Shown: positions 27,301 to 37,331 of the stretch, in pieces
Position numbering within the stretch: the stretch's first letter is position 1
How the letters are laid out: every line of letters begins with the position of its first letter
DNA from: Eledone cirrhosa
Taxonomy: Eukaryota
NCBI GenBank assembly: GCA_964016885.1
Contig: OZ024741.1
Location: forward strand, 119,474,001-119,538,000
Direction of reading: 5' to 3'
Length of the DNA stretch: 64,000 nucleotides
Made by a program: the position numbers and the translations under genes
Notes under the pieces: generated by a model
Databases searched by the model: none
What the model saw: the letters and a program-made list of their open reading frames with translations, nothing else
What the model was told of the DNA's origin: nothing

Positions 27301-30011
27301 AGATTTAGAAGCAGTTATAAAATCCTATAATGATTTAACAGAAAATGCCTAAAAGCAGGTTTGTTAATTCAAATGTTTATAGTATATTTACTAGTAAACA
27401 GATCAGTGTGCAGGAAAGGAGTAGGTAGAAATTTCAACCTATGTCCCAAATGCAAGCTATGGGTACATAAAAGATATAGTTGGATCACAGGCATGCTATC
27501 AAAGAACGTAGGTTTTATATGTGGCTGATGCAAAAGGGCAGTAAGTAGCAAGTGCCCACAGAATACTAGCTCCTTCAAATGCCCAGACGGTTCTATAGAA
27601 TACTCAACACCTTCTATTAGCTGGGTGATGAAATCAGCAGTAGAGGAGGGTGTTCTGAAAATACAGTAGCCAGAATAAGAACGGAATGGAGAATGTTCAG
27701 GAAGCTAGTACCGCTGTTAGCTACAAAAGAGTTTTTCCCTTAAAATGAAAGGTGGATTGTACGATGCTTGTATACCAACAGCAATGTTACATGGTAGTGA
27801 GACCAGGGCACTCTATGGAGTGGACCTGCAAAGATTGAAAAGAAATGAAGCATGCATGCACTGTGTAATAGTAATATACACGAACGGGAAAGCGTAAATG
27901 AACTTGAGAGAAATTAGGCATCTGATGCCTAATCTGAAATTAGGTATCAGATGCAGTATACTAAAGAGGAGATTGCATTGGTATGGTCATGTGATGTTTA
28001 TGAAAGATGATATCAGTAAAAAAGGTGCAGAACAATCAAAGTTAATGAAAGCTATGGAGTAGGGAGATCCAAGAAAACCTGTGATAAGGTGATAAAAGCT
28101 GACCTTGTGCAATTGCACCTCTCAAAGACAACAACACAGGGTCGAGATCTTTGGTGTTATGCAGTAATACAGAAGACACACCTTCCCATGCACACAGACT
28201 CAAACATACATCTAGTAGGCACCTCTTAACCACTATATCCACTTCCATACACCCCAACACACACCCATCCACTTCTGTCCACACCACCCTTACACTGTAA
28301 AGTCATGTTGGCATCACAAAAAAGCACTCGACCCACACTGTAAAGTGGTCATGTAGGAGTCACGACAAAAAACACCCAGTACATAATGTAAATGTGGTTG
28401 GCATTAAGAAGGGCATCTAGTCGTAGAAATCTAGCTAGAAACAGTTCTATATGAGCAAGACGCGGTCGCCTGACCTGACTTTCCTCTAATGGGACAACCT
28501 GATAGCTATCCCTACCCCCACTGCACCACCTCATGCCCCCTCTAGTACTATGCCTCCTATTTATTATTGCCTGTACACCCCTTGTACACCTCCTTCTCTA
28601 CCATCCCTTGGCTATTTCTCCATCACTACACCCCAACCCCCACATCCACCCTCTCCCCATATACTAACAGTCACTCTTTCTTCTTACTCATCACCCATCC
28701 AAATCACCATATACACCTATAACTTCATCCCTATCTCCTCCCCACAGAGAAGAGAGGGCTCTCCAGTTGGGACTATGACCAACAACCTCTCTAGTGACGG
28801 TGCCCCGAAAATTCATAGGAACAGCATGCACACAGTACACTCTGTAAGGTGTTTGGTGATCGGCGGGGCATCTGTCATAGAAAATTTGCGAAAGGGTTTG
28901 GAGCACCCTCCAGTTGTTTCAAAGACATGACAAACGCACCCAGTACACGCTGTAAAGTGGTGGATTGGCAGTATCGGTAGAGGGTCGGACGCCATGCTTT
29001 CCAGCATAGTTACGTCCCTTTACGATCTGAGTTCAAATCCCGCCGAGGTTGACTTTGCCTTTCATCCTTACGGGGTCGATAAAATAAAGCACCAGTAACG
29101 TACTGGGTCGATTTAATCGACTTTTCCCTCCCCCCAAATTACTGGCCTTCCGCTTATACTAGAAATCATTATGTAAAATGGATTGGCAGAGGGTCGGACG
29201 CCATACTTTGACGCATAGAGTTACGGCCCTTGCCATTCTGAGTTCAAATCTCGCCGAGGTTAACTTTGCCTTTCATCCTTATGGGGTCGATAAAATAAAG
29301 TACCAGTAATGTACTGGGTTATTTGCTGGCCTTGTGCCAAAAGTAGAAACAATTATGTAAAATCTCCCCCATTTTGCTTCATTTCTCCCCGTTCCCCGTT
29401 TGGGTTTTTAGAGGTTGGCAGGTCTGTAGTAAATTCTAATTGAAAATATTTAGAAAATCTGGCAATAAAATACTAAAAAGTTTTCACATTTTTTTTTTCT
29501 CAATAACTTGGACGGAACACAAGCAATTTTTTTAAAAGTAATATTATGAAAGTCTTTAAAAGTGTTTTAAGCTTAAAGCTGTAATAAGAATCGGGACGTT
29601 GGAACACCAAACTTGTTAAGTTCAAGTCTCGTTAAGACCGACTTTGACATCTGTCTATTTGGAATCGTTAATACAAGTTTTCATCACATCCTACAAAAAT
29701 TGGCATTGTGCTTAGTCAAAAAGAATTGATAATTAATTAGTTCAGCTATATGTTTCCTGAGTATTTTGTAGAAGAATTTTGAAAAAATATTTTTAAAAAA
29801 ATAATAACTTGCCATCACTAGAAGCAACTTGTATAGAATTAATTTGAGAACAAGGACGACATTTCAGATGAGTTGCATCAAAATAATAGTCGTATGTTTT
29901 TTTCTTTGCATTACAATCCTCTTTGGTTTCGAATTTAATCGAATATTTAGATAGAACAGAAGTGACCGTGTAAAGTTGTAAAATTAAAAATAAGTTGTAC
30001 CACGCCGCCAT
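287..30011 (-). CDS. TMEM67: Meckelin / TMEM67 (MKS3) orthologue, 5' half (12 exons, about 453 aa: signal peptide, Cys-rich domain, beta-rich extracellular region); runs off the left edge
   Basis: Exons join in frame with consistent phases. Peptides YFDATHLKCRPC, GLSCLCKPGY, SEDGWNCIYC, VERELNG, TACQNLGNMCVL, MPWLYY, GGLLQLC, FGTTY, FYDLY, AIPV and KWILTRRFFLVD match meckelin motifs as I recall them, in the same order. Confidence 0.95.
547..752. repeat. 27-bp minisatellite, about 7 copies (gcccaggttaaataacaagaggatgtg)
   Basis: Direct tandem units; explains the GHILLLFNL repeat ORF. Confidence 0.9.
802..897 (-). CDS. TMEM67: TMEM67 exon 11 (YIQYVFKGEKRLYAIPVAIENFIGENNHRVNK)
   Basis: ttctttaatctattgag| ... 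|gtctgt, 96 nt, phase 1 to 1. Confidence 0.9.
1930..2250 (+). mobile_element. 5'-truncated RTE-type LINE 3' end (older subfamily; relatives at 16320-16670, 23770-24205, 30995-31415)
   Basis: Decayed KLGLRGIRS..ERRL.WYGH..GRPRKTW, ends cccatgcaagcatggaa...(gat)n. Confidence 0.8.
2697..3095 (-). mobile_element. Two tandem tRNA-derived SINEs
   Basis: B-box gagttcaaatcc and shared core ttgcctttcatccttacggagtcgataaaataaagtaccagt on the minus strand. Confidence 0.85.
3267..3330 (-). CDS. TMEM67: TMEM67 exon 10 (CYLDVKDLFDNHTYPLVFYDL)
   Basis: cttttcag| ... |gtatccttt (U12-type donor), 64 nt, phase 0 to 1. Confidence 0.92.
3792..4035 (-). CDS. TMEM67: TMEM67 exon 9 (PYNMPWLYY...GGLLQLC...FGTTYSSS)
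   Basis: ttttgcag| ... |gtataa, 244 nt, phase 2 to 0; lies within ORF 3786..4061. Confidence 0.95.
4185..4520 (+). mobile_element. tRNA-derived SINE with CORE-like central domain (relatives near 15865-16130, 47550-47680 minus, 59110)
   Basis: A-box tggcttagaggtaag, then tgtgttcttgagcaagacactttatttca...tcagttgtaaaaatgag. Confidence 0.7.
4610..5040 (+). mobile_element. Two decayed copies of the tRNA-derived SINE
   Basis: gagttcaaat B-box, aaagtaccagt core, ggccttgtgc tail. Confidence 0.7.
5040..5580 (-). mobile_element. Dong/R4-clade non-LTR retrotransposon 3' remnant (restriction-like endonuclease region)
   Basis: Decayed RHDRV..IHWKL..WYRYTPEKVSEN..LLIDV..KLSKYKDL..PIIIGALG..IQKIALLGIAH. 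Confidence 0.8.
5590..6165 (-). mobile_element. 5'-truncated young RTE LINE
   Basis: DDSCIKKCRAIKIDG..GRPRKTWD, 3'UTR and (GAT)n tail; close to the copies at 10612 and 22190. Confidence 0.9.
6670..6842 (-). CDS. TMEM67: TMEM67 exon 8 (ARYLNSTACQNLGNMCVLLY...EYDITDW)
   Basis: ttaatag| ... |gtaagt, 173 nt, phase 0 to 2; CQxLGNMCV hallmark. Confidence 0.95.
7868..7933 (-). CDS. TMEM67: TMEM67 exon 7 (NDDLVDSPLFKDNLIISYGMCQ)
   Basis: ttttttcag| ... |gtttgt, 66 nt, phase 0 to 0. Confidence 0.86.
8085..8700. repeat. Tandem array of 45/48-bp units (about 13-14 copies) running into a retroposon tail at 8700-8875
   Basis: Unit tgatgccacaataaaaagcacccagtccactctgtaaggtggt(aat)ac; no unique spacers. 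Confidence 0.95.
9013..9233 (+). mobile_element. piggyBac-type MITE, about 220 bp (also 21318-21533, 54725-54916, 62871-63113)
   Basis: TTAA|CCCTTTAGCATTTA ... TAAATGCTAAAGGG|TTAA. Confidence 0.88.
9670..9747. repeat. Compound (GAT)n(GGT)n microsatellite
   Basis: Direct reading; explains the poly-M/V/H ORFs. Confidence 0.95.
9856..9924 (-). CDS. TMEM67: TMEM67 exon 6 (AAGFCFQKRSDILRKASYYITLN)
   Basis: ttctttag| ... |gtaagt, 69 nt, phase 0 to 0; GxCF motif. Confidence 0.88.
10028..10345 (+). mobile_element. tRNA-derived SINE, long-tail subfamily (also 17899-18165 +, 18222-18545 -, 35422-35695 -)
   Basis: ggcagagtcattagaatgtcagatagaatgc head, B-box, gaagaaatctg...aaaatgcccaagaaa tail. Confidence 0.8.
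10612..14570 (-). mobile_element. Near full-length RTE-clade LINE (APE endonuclease + RT), disabled by several frameshifts and stops; 5' boundary approximate
   Basis: APE motifs GTMNV, VQETRW, SAYAPQ, AGDLNGH, QIDYIL (ATG 13976); RT motifs KAFDRV, GVHQGSVL, LYADD (11832-11843), FRYLG; RLRWYGHV..GRPRKTW; (GAT)n tail. Confidence 0.95.
14640..15160 (+). mobile_element. Old RTE-like LINE 3' fragment of a different family
   Basis: Decayed GHESWLMT..QVAGMGFLLRVIGV and R(P)RSRPQAKWLDNI. Confidence 0.55.
15341..15855. repeat. Long inverted repeat: arms 15341-15537 and 15659-15855 (197 bp), 121-bp spacer
   Basis: Arms are reverse complements with two mismatches by eye. Confidence 0.95.
16895..17487 (+). 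mobile_element. Tandem, internally duplicated copies of a second piggyBac-like MITE family (relatives near 17812, 26190-26565, 58860-59024, 62430-62656)
   Basis: aaccctt...accatatttctaatgaaatacac ... atcaaaagggTTAA termini. Confidence 0.65.
17649..17721 (-). CDS. TMEM67: TMEM67 exon 5 (CVRCTQILSMFPNTYNCNCPTSNQ)
   Basis: cctttttag| ... |gtactg, 73 nt, phase 2 to 0; RCVRC motif. Confidence 0.92.
18858..21055 (+). mobile_element. Non-autonomous LTR retrotransposon: LTRs 18858-19217 and 20699-21055, about 1.5 kb non-coding interior
   Basis: TG...CA direct repeats of about 360 bp; PBS TGGTGACCCCAACGTGAT at 19224-19241; purine tract AGAGGGGGAG just before the 3' LTR; AATAAA in the LTR. Confidence 0.92.
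22190..23500 (+). mobile_element. 5'-truncated young RTE LINE (PHD-like insert, RT C-terminus, 3'UTR, (GAT)n)
   Basis: ORF 22505..23110 nearly identical to 10918..11466. Confidence 0.93.
24279..24384 (-). CDS. TMEM67: TMEM67 exon 4 (VERELNGELVKDSLNQITHKCLSCEGNSIPNGARNR)
   Basis: atacag| ... |gtatgt, 106 nt, phase 1 to 2. Confidence 0.92.
24426..24633 (-). mobile_element. Small Tc1/mariner deletion derivative next to the exon 4 acceptor
   Basis: TA|caaggtatccctaaagt ... actttttggggcaccctg|TA; residual HIELCITNVGNYIE C-terminus. Confidence 0.6.
25025..25213 (+). mobile_element. Young tRNA-derived SINE
   Basis: CpG-intact copy, near-identical to 29178-29356. Confidence 0.88.
25557..25653 (-). 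CDS. TMEM67: TMEM67 exon 3 (STSEDGWNCIYCRNDTLISNNKCTQCLANDIS)
   Basis: tgtacag| ... |gtaaaa, 97 nt, phase 0 to 1. Confidence 0.93.
26590..26990 (+). mobile_element. 5'-truncated CRE-clade (RLE) non-LTR retrotransposon fragment
   Basis: LIWDGTCSDT..SKYRSL..PIAVETSG..LFQRVSLTILWGN resembles the CRE C-terminal WDxT / AVETxG / QRISLAIQRGN signature; GC-rich island. Confidence 0.8.
27149..27237 (-). CDS. TMEM67: TMEM67 exon 2 (GLSCLCKPGYKYTKKMGPRAIQCEKCGANW)
   Basis: tttgtag| ... |gtaatt, 89 nt, phase 1 to 0. Confidence 0.93.
27400..28500 (+). mobile_element. Decayed RTE LINE fragment (same family as 22190)
   Basis: Colinear with 22300-23430, many indels. Confidence 0.85.
28960..29356 (+). mobile_element. 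Two tandem young tRNA-derived SINEs in intron 1
   Basis: tggcagtatcggtag A-box, gagttcaaatcc B-box, shared core and tail. Confidence 0.88.
29813..30011 (-). CDS. TMEM67: TMEM67 exon 1 (MAAWYNLFLIL...VASSD, signal peptide)
   Basis: ATG in aaaATGG context, hydrophobic leader, 199 nt, phase 1, donor G|GCAAGT. Confidence 0.9.
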
Positions 30012-30041
30012 TTTCGTTGTTTGCGCCTGTTGTCTAGGAGC
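30004..30041 (-). promoter_or_regulatory. YY1-like motif AAAATGGCGGC over the start codon plus candidate RFX X-box GCTCCTAGACAAC (30029-30041)
   Basis: Motif resemblance only; CpG-retaining context; TMEM67 is a transition-zone gene, a class commonly controlled by RFX. Confidence 0.4.
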
Positions 30042-31499
30042 TAATGTAAATATAGAAATAGCGCTAGATAAGGCACTTACTTCAGCGCTTGCGGACATGT
30101 TGGAAACGAGTAGTTAATCATTAATTTAACATCTCTATGCTTCGTTATTCCAGCGTCTTAGTCTTGTTATTACTCGCGGCAATGCTGCGAATGTGTTGAC
30201 TTAACTAAAATATTATGAGAGGGACTCGAATAATCCCCAGCTTATTAATTTTTCAGATTTTTTTCCACCACCATCACCCCCTATTTATTAAAGTTTGCTA
30301 ATCTATCTCCGATGAAATTTTATTTTAAGTGGTAGCATTCCTGCGACAATTAATTTTCTTTATACATTAAAAAACATTACACATGACAAAAAAAGAACAT
30401 TACAAAACATCCCATACGTTATAAAATAAATAGGATGGGTTGGGGTCTCAATATGTAAACTAAACCACTAATTCCGGTTTTTAAAAAGCAGACAATCTAG
30501 AAAAATTACTGAATCTCCCACTCCACACCCTATTATTTGGTATCACGAAATAATTTTTCTCTCTTCTGTTTCACATTTCACTGGTTTTGAAGTAATAGAA
30601 TAGCTTTCAGATCGCAACATTCTAATTTCAAAGAGGCTCATAAATCAAAACGAATTAACTGACGCATATGCTACATGCAATTGCACATAACATTGATATC
30701 TATACTTCAAGCACACTTTCCCAATTCACTGCGGAATGCACTTTGATTTTTTTCAACATATGTAGAGCGACTCGAGCCTCAATATAACTAAAACTAACAT
30801 AGATCTCTATCCCACATTTTTTCAGATCATATTCTAGCATTTCACTACTTCTATTATCGATCACTGCTCCTGCATCAATCTGGGCAAGCAACTAATGTAG
30901 TGAAATCTCGACACATTTTCCCATGATGGTTTTTCTTAGTCTGACACATACAACCAACTTAATACTGACCTACAACCTCAGAGTCCCATAACCAGTGCAC
31001 AATGCTGCACGGTAGTGGAACATGGGCTGTTACTGCAGAGGACATGCATAGACTGGAGAGAAATGAAATAACTATGCTTTGTTGGATGTGCAATGTAAGT
31101 GTAAGATAAAGGCAGAGTTTGGTTGAGCTGGGGGATAAGCTGGGTTAAAGAGGAATCAGGTGTTGTGCAGGAGAGAAGTCTGCATTGTTATGGACAATGA
31201 CTGATGGGTGAAGAAATGCCAGGAAATCCCAGTGGAAGGAAGCTGCAGTAGAAGACAATCAAGAAAGACCTGAGCAGAAGTTGTGAGAGAGGACCTCAAA
31301 TCAATGAGACTAGCAGAGGAGATGATGAAGGAACGTGACAATTTAAAAAATGCTGTGCTGAGATGAACCCGTCCCACCCATGCAAGCATGGAAAAGCAGA
31401 TATAAAAACAATGATGAGAGAGAGCATGTAACATTGTGTGGGTCTATATATATATATATATAGTAATAATAATAATAATAATAGTAATAATAATAAATT

Positions 31500-31860
31500 T
31501 GAAGACTAAAATCCAAAGAGGGCTCGATAAGGATAAATATATATCAAATATATAAGAACCGTAGAGCAAATATTTATTAAAATAACAGATAAAAGTTTAA
31601 GCAAAGAATCGCTGCTTTCACCCTTAACGGGATCTTCTGAAACTAACAAAGTCAATCTGTGAACGCAGAAGTGAATATTTCAAAAAACATTGCAACCAGA
31701 GGAAGACAGGAAGACGATACTTTGGTTCGTGGAAACGTTCCCTGGTAAAGAATGGGAAAAAACGAATATAATACGTCATTATTTGGAGCGGTGAAAAACA
31801 ATTACACGCAAAGACAAAACCACGATTATGGTATAAAAGAAGTCATAGACTAATCTTCAC
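31500..31860 (-). mobile_element. Penelope-like pseudo-LTR remnant containing a degenerate type I hammerhead (31594-31644)
   Basis: AGTTT CAGAAGA TCCC-GTTAA-GGGT GAAA GCAG-7nt-TTGC TT AAACT, then AATAAA and (TTA)n/(TA)n. Confidence 0.55.
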
Positions 31861-31899
31861 TTAGGTGGTTCATATGTGTGTTGGTAATGATGTGACTAA

Positions 31900-33560
31900 C
31901 ATCTTCAGTCTTTGTTTTGTACAGCCTACATCTATTGTTAACTGATGAGTTTCCTCTTTTGTGCAGTAGGTACTTGATGGAGATTTCTTATTCTTAGATT
32001 GCATGGAGGTATCCATCTAGGTGAGAAGTTATGAAAATGTCAGAACTCCATGCCAGGCTTTTAGTATGCTTTATCCCTCTATAGTCTGTGTTTTTCATCT
32101 CAAGTACTCATCTACAACCTTTTTGTTTGAGCATTAAGTAGACTTTTGGAGAGAGATCTGTGTCAGCTTTTATTTCATGTCTTTCCTCATGTTCAATGGC
32201 TATCCTAACAATGTTGTTATTTTCATGTTCACCTGAGTGAGATGGCAGCTGACTTTTTCTTCTGTTGAAGATGTTGCTTCAGTGTCACTATCAAGGTCTC
32301 ATATGATGTTTAATTTGGATTTTAAGCCCCACCCACCCTTCATTCATGAGAAATATAGTTTATTCACATGACCATTGATGTTAAAATTACTAGTAACATT
32401 CAGCTGCTTGCAAGTCCTTACATCCATCTCATTCAGTTCTTGTAATGAACAGTTCAATAGGTCAAATGTTGGCATTAGGATGGGCACAGGAAATGTATTA
32501 TGTTTGTTGTACACTGAGAGTTCTGATTACTATAATCTCTTTATTTTCCTAAGCTATTCATTTCCAGCCCTCTTCTTATCTATGGGTCTATCATATCTGA
32601 CATTCTCATCCTGTAGTTCTCACCTGACTGTAGATGTTGTATCACCAAGTCATTCATTTTTGGATTTTCTTTCCAAGTTTTATTGTCAGAAATGCTTATT
32701 TGGACTACCAAATTTCATTCCAATATCTGTAGAAAATTAGGTAATGAGGCCCAATTGCTTTTTGATGTATTTGATATTTGGTCCCTACAACTTCAGGGCA
32801 TTGAGAAAGAAAAGATGGGAGATACTTCTGGATCCATTTCTATGACCACTATGTTTTGTGAGCAGCTATGATAGTGGGTTTAATGAGAGAATGACGATCA
32901 GTACTGACAAGCTATCTCTCAGATGCTTTTTTGATAGTGTATTATATCAAACTCAATTTGTTTCTTATTACCATTAAGTAACTATCAGTGGTTATGGGAT
33001 TTTGGCTACCTGTAAAGCCTTGATAATCTACCCATGTGGTATACTATCAAATGCCTTTTGGTTGTCCAGCTACACTATAGTCAGGTTCCTGCAATTCTGC
33101 ACTAATTTTTTACTTGAATCCTTGTTAATTAATAGCTATTCTATATATCCCTTACATGTCCTTCTTTCCCCAAGCTTGCTCAGGTGCTATAATGCTGTTG
33201 GTGACAGAATGATCTTGAAAGAACAGATTGAGGCATCCAGTGTATAATTTGTACATGATGTTCTGGTGGGTGATTGGGTGATAATTTTTAGCAAGGGTGG
33301 TGTGGCAATTTTTGGCGATTGGAAGTTGATAGCCATTGGGGTAGTTCTTGTGTGGCCTTGATACTTTCTCCATACAACCTTGAGATCTTGCCAATAAAAG
33401 GTGAGATTCTTAAGCCAGTAACCTATTATGAGGTCTTAGCCTGGGGTTTTCCTGTTTGACATTTACTGTAGATCTGTTCCAGTAACATAGTCTATTTCAT
33501 ATTGCTTTTGTTGAACATTCTGACAGTAGCCCTGCTCTAGTTCTAGCCATATAGCTTGCA
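31900..33560 (-). mobile_element. Old Dong/R4-like non-LTR RT remnant
   Basis: Decayed KTPG*DLIIGYWLKNL, NY.PIT, LLINK, RNLTIV*LDNQKAFDSIPH, NEG.VGL. Confidence 0.7.
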
Positions 33561-33879
33561 TGTTGAACTCATCATATGTCTGTATGTGTGTGTATATATA
33601 TGTATGTATGTATGTATATATGTATGTGTGCATGTTCTAAACAGTTCATTTGTGTGACTCTACTCCCTGTTTCTCACTACTGATTCTCTGGGCCCTTAAG
33701 AAACAGTAACAAGAAATTCCCCATAACAATTCATGAAGACTTAGTTTTAAATAGATATTATTTCAGATTAAGATTAAGAGTATTGAGTATTCTTGCACTG
33801 TTTTGCCATTATTTACCCCAGAACAAGTGAACCAACAAATATATACCAATAATGTACATATATATGACTAACTTCATAA

Positions 33880-35405
33880 ACCTTAGCAGTGGAGGGGGTG
33901 TTCTGAAAGTACAGAGTGAGAACACGATGGAAGAAGTTCAGGGAGCTACTACCACTGCTAGCTGCAAAAGGTTTTTCCCTCAAAATAAAGGGTAGACTGT
34001 ATGATGAGTGTATATAAACAGCAATGCTGCATGGTAGTGAGACCTGGGCTCTGTGTGTAGAGGACCTATGAAGATTGGAAAGAAATGAAGCTGGCATGCT
34101 CTGATGGAAGTGTAATAGTAATATACAAAGCATAAATGAACTGAGAGAGAAACTGGACATGAGGGATCAAATGCAGCATGCCAGAGAGAAGATTATGGTA
34201 GTATGGACATGTGATGTGTATGAAAGATGAAAGCCACATAAAAAAGTAGGGGGTGCTCAAAGTTGATGGAAGCTATGGAATAGGAAGATATAGGAAAGCT
34301 TGGGATAAGGTGATAAAAATTGACCTCACACAATTGCATCTCTCAAAGGCAATGACACAGGATCGAAATCTTTGGCATTATGCAATACTGCAGAAGACCT
34401 GCTTTCCCATGTGCATGTGTTGAAGCAACATCTAGTCATCACTAGTATGCACCACATTTCCCCCTCTACCTTTCATATTCCTCCCACGTCTTAACACTCT
34501 ACCCATCACCAGTTAAGTACCCCACCTTATATGTATCTCTCCAATCCCCACCCTACACACATGCACCCCCCACTTTTCACATCTGATGCACCCTTCTTGA
34601 TCAACCCATGTATAAAAGCATGGAAAGCCAAATGCACTCTCCTACAATGCTGCCAAAATGAATAAAAGCTCTTAGTTCACCCTGTAAAGTGGTCATGCTG
34701 GCAACACAACAAAAGCCCCTAGTCCATCATAAAGTACTCCTGTTGGTGTCATGATAAAATAGCCCCCCCCCCCCCCCCCCGTAAGGCGGTCATATTGGTG
34801 ACATAACAGGAGGAACCTAGTTCACCCTGTAAAGTGGTCATGTGGTGACATGACAAAGATCATCCCTTCTGCCTTGTAAAGTGGTTGTGTTGGGGACATG
34901 ATAAAAGCATGCAATCCCCTCTGTAGAGTGGTCATAGAAGTGACATGACAATAAACACCCAGTCTACCCAGTAAAGTGGTCATGATGTTATTACAACAAA
35001 AAAGCACCCAACCAAACCTTGGTGAAATGACAAAAAGCACCCATCCCACATTGTGAATTTTGGTTGTGACAAAATGCACTCAGTCCTCACTATAAAGTGG
35101 TCGTTTTGGTGCCACAACAAAAAGCGCCCAGTCCACACTGTGAAGTGGTCATGCTGGTGTTATAACAAAAAGTGCCCAGTCCACACTGTAAAGTGGTTGT
35201 TTTTGTGAATGATAAAAAGCACTAACTCCACACTGTAAATGTGGCTGCCGTTAGGAAGAGCAACCAACCATAAAAACTAAGCCAGATATAGTTCTATATG
35301 AGCATGACACAGTCATCTAATCTGACATCTCTCACAATCTCACAATGGGACTTGTCTAACCCATGATAGCATGAAAAATGGACTTTAAACAGTAATGATG
35401 ATATG
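33880..35405 (+). mobile_element. Decayed RTE LINE 3' part whose 3'UTR carries a degenerate 45-bp array (34650-35240)
   Basis: WKKFRELLPLLAAKGFSL..; repeated aaaagcacccagtccacactgtaaagtggtc units; standard tail. Confidence 0.85.
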
Positions 35406-35698
35406 TATATAAATATGTATGTATGGTCCTGTAACTCCTGAAGGTGTTTTAGGGGTGCTGCATTGGCATATGGCATTTCTAGGGCATTTTTAAACCTGGC
35501 GGAGCCCATCTGCTCTCCAGGTCTGAATACGGCAGATTTCTTAGTGAGAGAAAGGAAGTGAGAAAGAGATATAAAGGAAGAATCAATCCCAGTATTAAAC
35601 TAGTACTTTTTCTTAATGATACCAAAAGAATGAAAGTTGACCTTGGCAGGATTTGAACTCAGAGAGCCAGAATGAATATTGCAAAGCATTCTATATGA

Positions 35699-36617
<919 letters not shown>

Positions 36618-37199
36618 TATATATATATGTATGCGTGTGTGTATTTTTATATATACACTCTCACACACTCTCTAAAACCATATTCCAAAAATAGAATTTC
36701 TTTTACAACCCTTCTGTTGCTAATCCCATAGAATTTGTCTCTAGCTTACCCCCCCCCCCCCTTAAAAACAATTTTATTCTATGCAAAAACACACCTACTA
36801 CCACTGCTGCTGCTACTTTATGACTACACCTCTCTCAGTATACACAAGAGTTCATTTTCCAGTCTCCTTCTCAACAAGGAAGATGAAAAAAACTTACCTC
36901 AACACATCTTTAGTTTTTAATTCTTATCAATTCTTTCTAATTGAAATACTCACCATTTGATAAGATGAATTTTACTAATACATCAAAACCGATTATACTT
37001 TATAAACATTATAAAACTCATTTTTAAAAGAATTGTCCCTCTCATTCTTTTTAATAATGTCACTTTGACGAATCAAAGAAAGGAAAAAAATGAAAAACAA
37101 ACCCTTAAATATATTTTCCAGGCTATTTCCCATCTCACCTTTTTTCTATAACCACTGTTTTGTATAGAACCTTACTTCCTTTTTCAAATATATATATAT

Positions 37200-37331
37200 A
37201 TAGGAAAAGAGTCAGGACCCTGACGGCTGAGCTTCGGCCGTTTTTACAGCTAGATCCTGACTCTTTTCCTATTACCCACTCTACTACGCTTAGTATCAAG
37301 TACTCTGGTGCGTTATGGTCCACCTGGTGCC
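37200..37331. mobile_element. Short fold-back element in (TA)n, probably a Penelope-like terminal fragment
   Basis: 18-bp arms 37200-37217 / 37255-37272; homologous to 49934-50082. Confidence 0.55.

Larger units (their letters stand above)
27238..29812 (-). other. GC-AG intron 1 of TMEM67
   Basis: G|GCAAGT at 29812 gives phase 1 and rebuilds SSDGLSC with exon 2. Confidence 0.8.

Noticed and set aside
28960-29045. tRNA genes suggested by A/B boxes here and at similar loci
   Set aside because: No cloverleaf or poly-T terminator; they continue into SINE body and tail.
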